DNA of 62,958 nt, counting the filler, from Octopus bimaculoides (taxonomy: Eukaryota): NCBI RefSeq assembly GCF_001194135.2. It is 7 parts of 6 records of this genome, joined end to end, with 100 filler letters (N's around TTAATTAATTAA, not from the genome) between each part and the next. Parts side by side here need not be neighbours in the genome. Positions count along the whole stretch, not along the records: positions 10,676 to 20,329 come from NW_026305257.1; positions 20,430 to 35,015 come from NC_068997.1; 5 more parts are not named here. One strand, given 5' to 3'. Of the stretch, positions 14,432-27,865 are shown one piece after another. Numbering within the stretch: the first letter of the stretch is position 1; each line of letters starts with the position of its first letter. Both the position numbers and the translations under genes were made by a program. Under the pieces are notes generated by a model, which worked only from the letters and a program-made list of their open reading frames with translations, made no database searches and was not told the origin of the DNA.

Positions 14432-14860
14432 GTCACGTTCAACAAATGAAACCACTTCAAAAAGGAATTAATAGATTATAACAAACGCTAATCAATGGCG
14501 GATATACCGATAATTTAGTCTCTGAAATTATAGAACAATGGAGAAAACAAATTGAGCAGAGAGTACAATAACGAAAACAAGTACAATAGCCCAAGTGAGG
14601 ATAAAAAAAAAAAAACGACAACAAAACAAAACATAATCCAAATAAACCCTCACATGAAGTGTATTATATGTACTTAATGCACCCTGGTTAAAGAATAGAT
14701 GACTCGGTTCTCAAACGAAAAATAGCTCTTCAAACAGAGCACAGCATGCATTGAAGCCAATTAGAACAGGGGCATTAATAATGTATTACAATAAGACAAC
14801 AATACCAACATTGAAAACAATTTTGTCAACGAGCCAATACAAGAGCCTCTACAACGTTTG
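14432..14860 (+). mobile_element. Decayed Penelope-like element (post-RT thumb/linker)
   Basis: HFKKEL.RL*QTLINGGYTDNLVSEIIEQW resembles PLE 'ELxRIKQxLxNNGYP'. Confidence 0.5.
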
Positions 14861-14946
14861 TTGTGATGCCAGGAAGTGCACTGAAGTCACTCTCAAGTTT
14901 TATCCACTGCCGTCTTAAGGCATGGCCAGAGTGGACAGCTGTTTCG

Positions 14947-15061
14947 GAGCCCTCTCGGGTCTTAGAGCCTTCTCGGGTCTTGGAGCCTTCTCGGGTCTTG
15001 GAGCCTTCTCGGGTCTTGGAGCCTTCTCGGGTCTTGGAGCCTTCTCGGGTCTTGGAGCCTT
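14947..15061. repeat. 18-bp minisatellite (GAGCCTTCTCGGGTCTTG) x6.4
   Basis: Six full units plus 7 nt; only units 1 differs (two positions). Confidence 0.98.
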
Positions 15062-15806
15062 AATTCTGATTTATGTATGTTACTGGCTCGTTTCAATGCA
15101 TAAATATCATAGAGCCAGGTGTAAGGATTTGCCTAAGGATCTCTAATATTGCTTGTGAAGGCACGTGGTTTAGTGGTTAGGGTATTCGGCTCAGGTCGTG
15201 AGTTCAAGTCCAGATTACGCGTTGTGTCCGTGGGCAAGTTAGAATAGACATAAAACGATGTTTTATGGGGTGTCTATTTACTTCTGTCATGTGTGCGTGT
15301 GTGTGTACGTAGGCGTGTTTAAACATGTATATATGCGACGGACGTCCACACCATTTTCGTCTACCAAATTCACTTACAAGGAAAATCATGGCCGCATAAC
15401 GGAACTGATCCCAGCATTACATGGTTGCAAAGCGATCTCCTAAAGTTTAAATTAACCTAAACCATTTCCTGTATGTCCTATGGCGTATGCAGCAATACCA
15501 CTTCTCAAAATTTAGGAAGCCGATGCATTTCAGTTACTTCCCTTTAAGCGTTTTCATCTCTTATATATTCTTTAGTTAGGCGGAAGATACATTTTACTCG
15601 TGATATCGAATCATCGTAGTATCTTTGGCTTCACTGTGGAGACATTCTTAAGTCTTAAAACTCTATTTACATTAATTGACATCGGTCCTATACTATGGAC
15701 AACCAATATCATTCAGGCTTTTGCTACATATCTATAATAGTTATCAGATTATATGATCTCTCTCATATTAATATAAATATTACAGATACATATGCGTGCG
15801 TGTATG

Positions 15807-15854
<48 letters not shown>

Positions 15855-16742
15855 AGTAAGTATATGAGTGTGAGTCTGTATGAAGGTAAATATGTACGCA
15901 TATGTCTTTATATGTGTATATGAATGCATTAAGTGGGGGGTGGGGGTGAATTCCTTATAAAGAAAAGTGTATATATATATATATATATATGTATGTATTT
16001 ATGTTTACTTTACACACACACACACACACACACACAACAAAAAATAAAATAAGTCTTGGAATCGATTCATTCGACTAAAAATTCTTCCAGGTGGTGCCCC
16101 AGTTTGGCCGCAATCTAATGACGGAGACAAGTAAAAGATAAAGCCTAAAAGATATGTGTGTGTGTCTGTGTGTGCGAGCGTGTGTGCGTGTGTGTCTATA
16201 GATAGATAATTATAAATTTACATACATACATACATACATACGCACACTCACAAACAAACACACACATATATATACACATATATGCGCGTATACACACACA
16301 AACACATATACACATATAGGTATGTATATAGATTTGCTTATTCAAATTTTCATATCGCTTATCACATTAGATTCAATGAAGCTTACCTTATAATCAGTGT
16401 GTGTGTGTATTTGGATACACATACACATGTATATACACCTGTATGTATACACACACATACACATATTCATGCATTGCCATCCGTTCGACATCTGTCCAAA
16501 GATAGTATACATCATATCGGTCATTAAACAACTGATTACATAGTGAAACCAACCAGCCATAAGATCTGACATGATAACTTTATCGATGCTTTAGTCAGAC
16601 ATCTGAATAATAGAGTCAAGTAGTTGACGTTGACGTCCCATTCAGTCAGCCGATGGTGCCTATAACCAGTTGCTTCGTTGTACTAGAAGTCGTGGTCAAA
16701 AGCACCTCAATTGACTTAATAACTTAATATCTCAAATCCTTA

Positions 16743-16925
16743 AGGCGGCGAGCTGGCAGAAACGTTAGCACGTCGGGCGGAATGCTTAGCGGTATTTCGT
16801 CTGTCTTTACGTTCTGAGTTCAAATTCCGCCGAGGTCGACTTTGCCTTTCATCCTTTCGGGTTGATAAATTAAGTACTAGTTGCGTACAAAAAAGCTGGC
16901 CTTGTGCTAAAATTTGAAGCCAGTA
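16743..16925 (+). mobile_element. tRNA-derived SINE, family 2
   Basis: aggcggcgagctggcagaaacgttag (A-box-like) ... gagttcaaatt (B-box-like) ... ggccttgtgctaaaatttgaa; many other copies in window. Confidence 0.9.
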
Positions 16926-17040
16926 TTTATTTATCTCTCTCTCTTTCTCGCTGGCCGCCTACATTTTTTTCTGCAAAATAGGGGTATCTTATCCTGTTCA
17001 GGCTATATTATTAGCATAATCGTGCGTTTGAGAATTTAAA

Positions 17041-17090
<50 letters not shown>

Positions 17091-17309
17091 NNNNNNNNNN
17101 NNNNNNNNNNNNNNNNNNNNNNNNNNNNNNNNNNNNNNNNNNNNNNNNNNNNNNNNNNNNNNNNNNNNNNNNNNNNNNNNNNNNNNNNNNNNNNNNNNNN
17201 NNNNNNNNNNNNNNNNNNNNNNNNNNNNNNNNNNNNNNNNNNNNNNNNNNNNNNNNNNNNNNTATATATACATACAGAGAGATAGCTAGATAGAAAGTTA
17301 GATAGACTG

Positions 17310-17348
<39 letters not shown>

Positions 17349-17892
17349 CATACATATACATCTCCAACTATCTATACACATACACACATTTATATATACA
17401 CACACTTATACATATATACATATTTATATATACCCACATATATTTAGTGGGGTTGAGTGTGTGTGTGTGTGTACTAATCTTATTCCCTATTCGACACTTT
17501 TTACTCTCTGTTGCAATCAACACACATACATACCACATACATACACTTTCTCTCTCTCTCACTCCCCTAATCTCTCTCGCTCTCTCTCCCTCTCTCTACC
17601 TCCGTCTCATCATCCTCCTCTCAGAAGATATAGTGTTTACAATAGAACCGATACAAAGAGAATCTGAGCAGCGCAACAACCGCTGTTCACGTGTATTCAC
17701 CGACACCATCTTTTGTCAGTTATTTTGTCTTTTCAATCTCTGCTATTTCAGTCGCAGATGTCCGGCGTTTTCACACAATTTGTGTATATACACTTAGATA
17801 TACAGTATAAATTGGATTTTTGTTCATTCATTTTGTTGCTTTAACCTTGGTGTATAAATATATACATTCAGCGGAATAAACACTATGTTTAT

Positions 17893-17926
<34 letters not shown>

Positions 17927-18219
17927 TATATGTATGTATGTATGTATGTATGTACGTATATGCATAGGTCTATGTTAATGATGTTACAGACATAATGTTT
18001 ATGTTGTTAAACACTTTTGGGGTCGGGATGTTTCGTCCAATGAAAATCCCTTTATAAATGTAATGTGTTGAAGAACACAATATCTCTCGAAGCCAGGCAA
18101 AACTAATCGCAAATAAGGTAAACAAGTGTGTACAGATAGGGTAAAATCTATCCACTGACGTACAACTGCGCCGCACAAGTAAAGCAAAATTCAAATTATG
18201 ACTTAGAAGCAAGTCGAAT

Positions 18220-18582
18220 AACGAAATGCCAGAACGGGATGACACTGCATAGTGCCAAAGATCCCAGCAATGCCATTGTGCTTCAGGAACAGTTACTGCA
18301 ACAGTTTGGGTTTCAGGGGCCCACAGCTTTTTAATACTCTCCCAAAGAGCCTGAGGAACCTGCACAAAGTAGATGTAGAGGTTTTTAAATCAAAGCTGGA
18401 CCTCTTCCTGTCAAGAGTCCCAGATGAACCTACCTCAAGGCAAGAGGTGCAAATGAGTGTAGCTACATCAAACTCCATTCTTCACCAAGTGCCACGTATT
18501 GGAGGAGGCTGGCTCTCAGTAATAAAAGTGTAGCAAAATGGCAGTGCATCACTATGGCCGCAGCTCTCAGCTGAAACTATAG

Positions 18583-18585
<3 letters not shown>
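18220..18585 (+). mobile_element. CR1-group LINE 3' end
   Basis: CNSLGFRGPQLFNTLPKSLRNLHKVDVEVFKSKLDLFLSRVPDEP; same family and tail as 2390-3455. Confidence 0.85.
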
Positions 18586-18633
<48 letters not shown>

Positions 18634-18693
18634 TATATAATTGTAAAAATTGGAGTCAACATGAAGAAATACGGTTGGAGATTTATTTTTAAT

Positions 18694-18731
18694 CATTACA
18701 ATTGTTTCTGCGCAACGTAGTTCTCCAGGTG
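18694..18731 (-). ncRNA. Minimal hammerhead-like motif, family B (degenerate copy)
   Basis: cac CUGGAGA ac uac-guugc-gca GAAA CAAUUG UA aug; homologous to 40286-40323. Confidence 0.4.
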
Positions 18732-19559
18732 TGCAGGTAATTGATTATGCAACCATTTCCCTTTATTATGAGATCTACTTGCTTTTTTTTCTGAGGCGAT
18801 ACGTAAATATTGTCACCGTAGGTTCAAATTCTCAGTTTCAAGAACATCCCATCTGCCAGTCGTAGCCTGACGTTGATAGTTGCCACTGAGTTTATCAAAG
18901 CATGCTGTTACTGAAGGACCGTTGGCAAACTGCTTTGAATGTGTAGATTGTAGTGGGATGGTGATATGGTGATTCTGCTACTGTTAAAGTGGTTACCATT
19001 TGTAAAGGGTTGGCAGTTGATTTTTTGGTTCTGATGATTTCTTCTTCTTGTCAGGTTTACACATTCGATTGTCCTTCGCTGACCTTTAAGAATAGGCTCA
19101 TACGTGCACACACATTGTCGTTCCCATACAGGTCCATATTGATACTAACGCTTGGACACATACACAAACACACGCGCACGGACATACACACACACACACA
19201 CGCGGCCAAACGCACACACGCACACACGCACACACACATATATATGTACACCCACATATATGCGTATATGTACGCGCACATTTATACATACACATATACA
19301 CACGGAAGCATATACATACACAGATAGAGAAACATATTTGTTCTTCTGGCTGTCTATTCATTTCTCGCTCTCCCTCAATCTCCTTCTTCGTCGGACACGC
19401 CTTAATTGCAAACAGTGGCATTTCAGAAGTATTCAGAACGAATAATTGAATTCATATGATTTTATTTGGGCGTACAGGTGTACACACATACACACACACA
19501 TACGCACGCGTACTAACACACACTTTGTACACAACTACGAATAAAGTAAAAATACACAC

Positions 19560-19654
<95 letters not shown>

Positions 19655-19664
19655 ATAATAAACC

Positions 19665-19947
19665 TCTGGAAATTTGGGCATTTTGTTCAACATCCTTTAG
19701 CAAGCCTTATTCAGGGACCTTTCGAGCGGGACGAGGTACTCGACCTAAAGAAAATTCTAACTGGGTCTCACCTGCAAGGTCATGCACTGTTTACCTTGAT
19801 CTGAGATCACCATGTCGTGAAGAGATGGTTGGGCTGGATGTACCTGGGTATACTGGGATTTCGATGTTTTACCTCAGTGTCACTTTGATAGCATGCACTG
19901 CTCGCTCACTCAATAATAATAATAATAATGACAGCAACGACAACAAC

Positions 19948-19979
<32 letters not shown>

Positions 19980-19990
19980 ATTTTAAAACT
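19665..19990 (+). mobile_element. SINE-like repeat family 3, 5'-truncated, (AAT)n tail
   Basis: Shares ctaactgggtctcacctgcaaggtcatg...ctcactcaataat with 35525-36062(-), 56225-56690 and 58996-59300. Confidence 0.8.
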
Positions 19991-20429
19991 ATAACAACAA
20001 CACAACACCACACAAAGCAATTACACTAAGGATAAAATTTAGATTAATTCCAAATTGCAACATTGGCGAAAATGAAGGAAACAGCGTGATTTGCACAAAT
20101 CTTAATATTTTTGCCATACGATAAACTCGAGTTTGAAAAGACACATAAATGATATATCGATTCGACTAGATATATACGAATGTGCGTTTAGGTGCGTGTG
20201 TGTGTATAAAGATACATTATGTTTCTATATTTATATAACATGCATACGTACATAGTACATACATACATATACACAATCGTATATACATATGTGTATATAT
20301 ATATGTGTATATATATATATGTATATATANNNNNNNNNNNNNNNNNNNNNNNNNNNNNNNNNNNNNNNNNNNNTTAATTAATTAANNNNNNNNNNNNNNN
20401 NNNNNNNNNNNNNNNNNNNNNNNNNNNNN

Positions 20430-21394
20430 TGGTGTTACAAGGAGTTTTGTTGGTTTCTCACTCAACTGCACCCCCACACATAATAATCAAGGGGGTTGCG
20501 GTTTGAGGAGTTAGGTGGCCAGATGTTAGAGGTGATGTGGTCGCAGAAATTGTCTGACAGCCATGACTGGATTCTCCTGCTTGTATGGTATGGAGCAGAG
20601 TCTTGTTGTCAGACAGAATCTTCCAGCTACCAGCCTCTTGACTCAGGGCAGCACTACCTCCTCCAGGCACTTGATGTAGGCCTCCGTGTTCAGTGTGAGG
20701 CCGTGTGGGAAGATGAATGGAGGCGTAACGTCACCATCACTAGTGATCACTCCAAACACCATGATATTGACTGGATGTTTGATTTTTATCACTCTCAGTA
20801 CATGTTTTAGGGATACGGCAAGCCAACGGTTGTTCTCGTCTGAGAAAAACCAAGGCATGTTCGGTTGGAGGGGATGCTTGAGTTTGTTCAAAAAGCTTAG
20901 TAGCGTGGTCTTTTCTCTTGTCCTAGATTGCTTGGGATAAAAATTGGCCCTTTCTCATCTTGTATGAGGAAGGGCCAATTCCCTGGCAATAGAGCTGATT
21001 GACTTGGAAGGACCGTTGTCAATCATGGCCTGGATCTAACAAATTCAGGAGTTCATTTCTTATCAGAACGATCCGAGTGAGTTTTCCGAGCTGCCGTACC
21101 TTCGTAATCACCATTAGACTCATCCAACTCCTTCCGAATCCGCTGCACTATCCCTTAGATTGACACCCAAACACTCTGAAATGTTCGTATCGGAATTTCC
21201 TGCGTGAATGCCAAGCAGTGCAACATGTCGTTTCCAAATTTCTGCCAGAGAAAATTGCGTCATGGTACTGGTTTTCTCACAGACGGTGCCCAACTGACCC
21301 TACTATACTGTGTAGTCGACAAACTCAAAAACAATGAATGCACATGCGCGAAATTAAAAATATAAAATGGCGAAAATTTACCCATCGCATCCTG
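20430..21394 (-). mobile_element. Decayed DD37D (maT-type) Tc1/mariner transposon
   Basis: WFFSDE, HPVNIMVFGVITSDG, QQDSAPYHTS...NPLDYY with 37 residues between D2 and D3 (hand-counted); end cctg|TA at 21394; other end in gap. Confidence 0.9.
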
Positions 21395-22334
21395 TACATA
21401 CATGCGCGCGTACACACACGTCATGCTACGTACCCTCAACTCTTGATGGAATCATTGGGAGCGCTACCATGTCATACAGCATATTTTGGGTATTTTAAGG
21501 GCTTTGCAGAAACCATATCTTCCCAGGCCCTACTGTAGCCGATTTTTTTCAGACACAGACTGACAACTGAGCGAGAGAGAGAGAGGAAGAGATACTATAA
21601 GACGAGAATTGATCTCAATACAGATCTGTTGCTTTATCTATCCCTTCCGAAAGGAGGAAAGACTAAGTTGACCTCAGAGCATAGTGACAACCAGGGTCAA
21701 TTTGTTTATATCCCCGTAGCTTAGTGGTTCGGCAAAAGAGATCGATAGATCAAGTACCAGACTTTATAAAAAATAAGTACTTGGTTCGATTTGTTCGACT
21801 AAACTCTTCAAGGCAGTGACCCAGTATGACCGCAGTCCAACGTTTATATGTGAAATAGTACGTGGAGTTGCACCCCTTTACACCAAAAAAAAAGGTAACA
21901 TATTCATTCGAAAAATTAAACATGTTCTCTGGGCATCAACATGATCGACTTAAAAACCCTAGAAGACGGTGCTCCAGCATGCCGCAGTCAAATTAACGAA
22001 ACAAATAAAAGAATTTTTAAACTAAATAATCACTTAGAAGACGATACAAGCAAATCCGAAACTACGGTTAAAAATGACACCGGCTGCTTAAATCCGCTTG
22101 GATGAGCGGTTAAGGCGGATCTTATGAATCTACACGTTGAAAGTGAAAGTTTACGGCGGGGGNNNNNNNNNNNNNNNNNNNNNNNNTTTTTTTTTTTTTT
22201 TTTTTTTTTTGTTTTGCGACTGGATGCCTCCGTTTTGTAAGACATTCAGTCTGCTAAATGTAGACTCCATACATCTTTCAGCCATGCGTTTATCATGTTC
22301 TTCGGGAATAGATAAGGTAATCAAATGTCTTGAT

Positions 22335-23046
22335 CAGTGGTTCTCAACCGGGATCCATATGGCTCTAGGAGTTCGTATAATATTTTTAGGGGCCCACATA
22401 AGTAAAATAGTAAATTGAGGATCCACAGTAGTATTTTAGGGGTCCATGAAAAAAAAAATTTGCTTTTGATGCATTTATTGCAAGAAACAGGTAGATTTCT
22501 TTCTTTAACATAATACATATAAGCGCAGGCGTGGCTGTGTGGTAAGTAGCTTGTTTACCAACCACATAGTTCCGGGTTCAGACCCACTGCGTGGCACCCT
22601 GAGCAAGTGTCTTCTACTATAGCCTCGGGCCGACCAAAGCCTTGTTAGTGGATTTGGTAGACGGAAACTGAAAGAAACCCGTCGTATATATATATATATA
22701 TATGCATATATATGTGTGTGTGTGTCTGTGTGTTTACGTCCCCGTAACATTAGCGGTTCGGCAAAAAAGGACCGACAGAATAAGTACTAAGCTTACAAAG
22801 AATAAGTCCTGGAGTCGATTTGCTCGACTAATGGCAGTGCTCCAGCATGGCCGCAGTCAAATGACTGAAACAGATAAAAGAATAATAGTTCAAACTACAG
22901 CAGTGAATGTGTCAAAAAATATAATCAGAATTCTGAAAGGATTATAAAAACTACAAAGCTAGTTTTTAAACATCTATTGGCTTTGGAGAGGGGATCCATC
23001 AATAATCGAGCGGGGTCCATAGGTAAAAAATGGTTTAGAACTATTG
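22335..23046. mobile_element. hAT (Charlie-like) MITE interrupted by a SINE
   Basis: Ends cagtggttctcaacc / ggtttagaactattg; 8-bp flanks gtcttgat / gtctagaa. Confidence 0.75.
22523..22885 (+). mobile_element. Near full-length family-1 SINE
   Basis: tRNA-like head, CORE-like block, internal microsatellite, tail ggcagtgctccagcatggccgcagtcaaatgactgaaac. Confidence 0.92.
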
Positions 23047-23689
23047 GTCTAGAAGAATCTAATATTCTTGAAATAGAACCATGTCCTGTGTTATGCAGGC
23101 ATTGGTTTTTAAATGTTTTTACACAATATTAGCGGAAAATTTCATAAACAGAAAAATGTCCATAAGTATTGAATAAAAATATTGAGTAATGTTAGTACGT
23201 TCCTAGATTAATTTCCAAGTATTTCCAAGTATTTCAAAATACAAATAATAAAAAATTCGCTTTTACATGGTGTTTCTTAGAGTCCGAGATAAGTCAGATG
23301 CTAATTGAAGTACCAAACGAAGCAAATGAGGGAGGAAAAGATTAAGTGAAATATACCACAGAGAGGGAATATATGACAATAAAGCATGTGGGAATATGTT
23401 TTGCAACATATATACAGAATCACGTAGTGAATGATGGAATCTGCCAGACAGATTATACATGATTTGTCACAGCAATGCCTTTACCACTCTATCGAGAATT
23501 AAGGGCTCGAGGCCCAATTTCGCAGTAGGGAACAGTCAATTAAATCGAACTCAGCTAGATTTGAACTCAAAACTGAAGACGTAATTAAATACTAGATATT
23601 TTGATTGTACTTTACCAAGCCTGCTATCCTACTGATGCTCAAAGAGTGCAGTAATATAAACAATGGTCAAATAAATAAAGAATAAACGA

Positions 23690-24330
23690 AAGATGACAAA
23701 ATTGAGAAGAGTGTATAGCGCACGTAAGCGAGTGCGACAAGACACGGTACTGAAGTGTGGGCGGTGCGAAGGAAAGAACAGAAATAATGAGAGTGAAAAT
23801 AAAAATTAAAGAGAAGCAATGTGTAAAAACGTGAGGTGAAGGATGAGTAATAAAGAACTAAGAAGGCGAGTGTGGCAAACGCAATGACATAAAGAAAATA
23901 TTAGACAGGAGTAACAGACTGCGAGAGTATGTGAATGAGGATGAGCAAGAGTAAGTATGAAAGAGTGTGAGTGTAAAGCGGCGGAGAAAATTTAATAGAG
24001 AAAGGATAATATAGGATTACTGAGTGAAAGAGGAGAAGCAAGAGTGATAAAAAAAAAAGTGTGAAAGATAATGAGTGAGTAGAAAGCAAATGATAAGCTA
24101 ACGTGAGAGGAAGAGGAGGAGGAGCAAAAGTAGTAGAGACTGTGTAAGTGAGAGTTAAGTGGAGGAGCAAAATTTGTAGAGAAAGGGTATAATAGTGTGA
24201 GTGATAAAGAGGAGGAGTAAGAGAAGTAGAGAAAATAAGGGAGAATGTGAGTGAGAGAAAGAAGAGCAGCAAGTGTAGTAAAGAAAGTGAGGGTGAGTGA
24301 AGAAAAAGGTTTGAGTGAAGTAAACGAGAA
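23690..24330. repeat. Degenerate GA-rich low-complexity tract
   Basis: Purine-skewed degenerate repeats; explains the L/S/F-rich pseudo-ORFs on the minus strand. Confidence 0.85.
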
Positions 24331-24534
24331 ATAGCGTGGAACTGCGTCGCACTGGTACACACAGCTTTGGCTTTTGGCAATGGTTTGCGGAGGATTTGCC
24401 TGTTCTAAAAATGCATTGGCAGCGCTTAATATTCTTTATATTGTAAGTAAATTAATTATATCATTTTAAAATAACCATTAAAAACAAAACGGGCTTAAAA
24501 CGAAATTACATATACATAGATATGCGTGTATGTG

Positions 24535-24612
<78 letters not shown>

Positions 24613-24638
24613 CGTGTCTATATATATATATATGCGTG

Positions 24639-24712
<74 letters not shown>

Positions 24713-27700
24713 TATATATGATGTAAGGCATGTTAGTTGGCCTCACGTTTACGACCCTTCATCACTTAAGACACTTATAAACGAAACGATCGTCTGCCAC
24801 ACATTGAAATGGTTGAAATAAATTGATTGAAATCATCAAAGAAAATAAGTATATATGTAGGTGCTTGAGAGAGATGTATGTTCTTTTAACACTGGCAATC
24901 TTGTAAACAGGATTTAGTATACGAGATTGAAATTAGGTTGCAGTTTAACTTGCCGCCCTGCAAAATAAAACATGCCACGAGTACTTGCTAACTATTGACC
25001 CCCTCCTCTGTCTTCGATTGATTTTTTTGCTATTCCATGTGGTCGAATATATATATATATAAACTTATAATTTCCTAACGGAATTCTCTTATTGTTTTCT
25101 TTCTTGGAAAGTCTTCGATTATATATGTATGTCTGATTGTTCTTGTCGAATATATATATATATAAACTTATAATTTCCTAACGGAATTCTCTTATTGTTT
25201 TCTTTCTTGTTTATGCAGAATTATTTGAATTATAAGTGTTTGTTTTTTTTGTTTTTTTTATCTATGAGTGTGTTTATTTACAACCATACATAAAAAACTG
25301 TCGCGTATTAAAAGAAGGATTAATCAGTGCATTTGAATAAAGTATAAAATGTATTTCTACAAAGTAAAGCTTAACAGTGACTTCGAAGATTCGCCGTTGG
25401 CCGGCTTGTGTGTATGTATATATGTACGTGTGTGTACATATGTGTGTGTGAGTGTATTGAGACGATCAGACATAGAAATAACACGATTGCCCTCACCTCT
25501 GTCAAGCAACCAAACCAAATCGCACTATATATACAGCTAAAATAGGGTGACTATAAGGTAGATCTGTGATCAAATGTGGGAAGTAGTGATTGAAATCTGT
25601 GAATTCCCGTTTCTTCGTCAGCAAACGAAAGATTTCGGGAACATTCTACCTTGTTGCATCACCACTTGCTAGAAATAGCAGCCAGATATGCATCATAGTA
25701 CACCTACTGTCTTAAACATGGAACGATATGCTATTTGATATACAACGTTGTTTAGGAAAATAAAACAAAACAAAAAACGAAGATATCACAGTTGGAAAGT
25801 CTTCGATTATATATGTATGTCTGATTGTTCAGGGCCGATCAGGAGATAAACATTATTTCACTATAGTGAGGTGAACTACCCAGCTAGCCCAGTTCAGTCA
25901 GGTAGTATCGATTTCTGAAGACAAGCAATTTCGCTTCTCTCGTCGATAATGTCCGGCGGGGTGGTGCGGAGGGTAATGTAAATATGCATCTCGACTCATC
26001 CCTGCCTCCCATCTCTGGGAATGCTTAATTGCTTGACCTTGTAAATGAAAAGCAACATCAGTTAACAAATATTGTTATTGTTGATGAGCAAATATTGCTA
26101 CATTTCATCTGAGAGTACCTAGTCAAGACAACATTCGGGTTGTTATGCATACATGTATAAATATTTATTACGTATGTATTATTAACACTTGTGTGTATTC
26201 TGTATGTACACACACGTATGTATATATGTGTGTATGTGTGTGTGAGAGAGAGAGAGGTCAGTTGCGTTTCTAAGTAAAACAAAGTCCACTCAGAAATATA
26301 GTAAGGGTGTATAATAAAGTTTAAAAGATGATCGTGTTAATAAAGGACGATCATAACTGGAAGTTTAGTGTGAATTTCTTTTTATTTTACACTCATCAGA
26401 TGGGCTCCTTATTGCACTCAAGCTAATTGTTGTGTGTGTGTGTAACTGTGTGCGCGTATAATAAAAACTTCACAGGTGGTTTCACGATCAAAGTTTCTAG
26501 TATTCAATACACTATTTAATAACCTTTATTAGAATTGAATTCTTTGATTATCGCCTATCTGTCAAGATTCTTCACCGGTTTAATTCTTAGTCATGGCCTG
26601 TAGTGAGCCTTTCTATCTATCTATCTATCTCTTCCTACGATCCCTTTTGATCGACACCCACCCCTACCTTTTTTTCCCCTCCTAAAACGAAAAGCTCTAC
26701 ATTGTATTCGTCCCATCTTTGTTGAGCCCTCTGTGGCTAATAAAAGAAATGTATCTATCTATCTATATATATACACACATACTCGTGTGTGTGTGTGTGT
26801 GTGTGTGTGTTGTCTATTCTCTGTATTGCTGTATCTTACTATCTCGCTGATCTTTCAATCTATTCATTTACATGCATATGTAATCAATCACCATTTTTAC
26901 GTCCGTTTTTCCCTCTATGGATTGTTCCAGCATAGCGTCTCGTCACTTGTCATTTATGTTATTTAATTGACAATGACTTCCTAGTTTCGCCCGCTCTGTG
27001 CCGTATCCAAACTCAGTCTCAGCAATCACACACCGGTCGAAACTTAAAAATTTACTGTCAGCTAAAATATAATAAATATTAAATTCTCTACGCATACTGA
27101 GTCCTTTTACTCAGTCAATGTTCGTTATTTTTTATACATGTAAAAACACTTAATTTTAATTTAGTAAGGTGATACACATACACACACATACATGGTGGGA
27201 CTTCTATTGTAATTCTGTGCACATCTGGAATTTTTTATAGGAATATATTAGACAATTGTACACCTGTCCGCCATCCACTTTTAACTACCAAGTTAGCAGG
27301 TCTCAATGGGCGAGGTTGTAGTTGTCTCCGAAGCCAAGGTTTCTCGGTCTTTGGAACGAAAGGGTATTTTATTTATATGTTGCCTTTTGTGTATGAAAAT
27401 CGTGTTTTACTAAGTGATGGTTTTTCTAAGAAGCAGACTGGCTTCCACTCATACTTGAGTGGTTAGTGATAGGATGGGCATCCGGCTGTAAAAACAAATT
27501 TGGTTTAGCACTTTAGGGATGACTTACATTTAACATAGCAGTAAAGATATAACATTATATATATAGTCTAAGAATCCATAAGTCATAAAAAATATATTTG
27601 TATGTATGTATACATACATACACCTCTCTGTCTTTCTCTATCCATATAATACATACACACACACACACTCACTATATACTAGTAAATGAGGGCGTCTCTA

Positions 27701-27831
27701 CAAGAAATAGCAACCAAATCGCTTTCACACCACACCCTGATGTTTTACTTAGAAATGAACATGTTGAATAATGTGTTCTGGGTTTCCTCGAGGAATAGTA
27801 ATGGTTAAATTTTGCTCGTTCAGGACTTAGC

Positions 27832-27865
<34 letters not shown>

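Noticed and set aside
14947-15061. CRISPR-like array
   Set aside because: Contiguous repeats without unique spacers, in eukaryotic context, no cas genes.
14863-15146. ORFs with (EPSRVL)n / (GAFSGL)n repeats
   Set aside because: Read-through of the 18-bp minisatellite; no splice or coding context.
16743-16830. tRNA-like A/B boxes
   Set aside because: SINE heads; no cloverleaf or acceptor stem, and they continue into the SINE body. No tRNA or rRNA genes found.
27096-27115. 7-bp perfect hairpin actgagt/actcagt
   Set aside because: Short enough to occur by chance in 63 kb; no supporting context.
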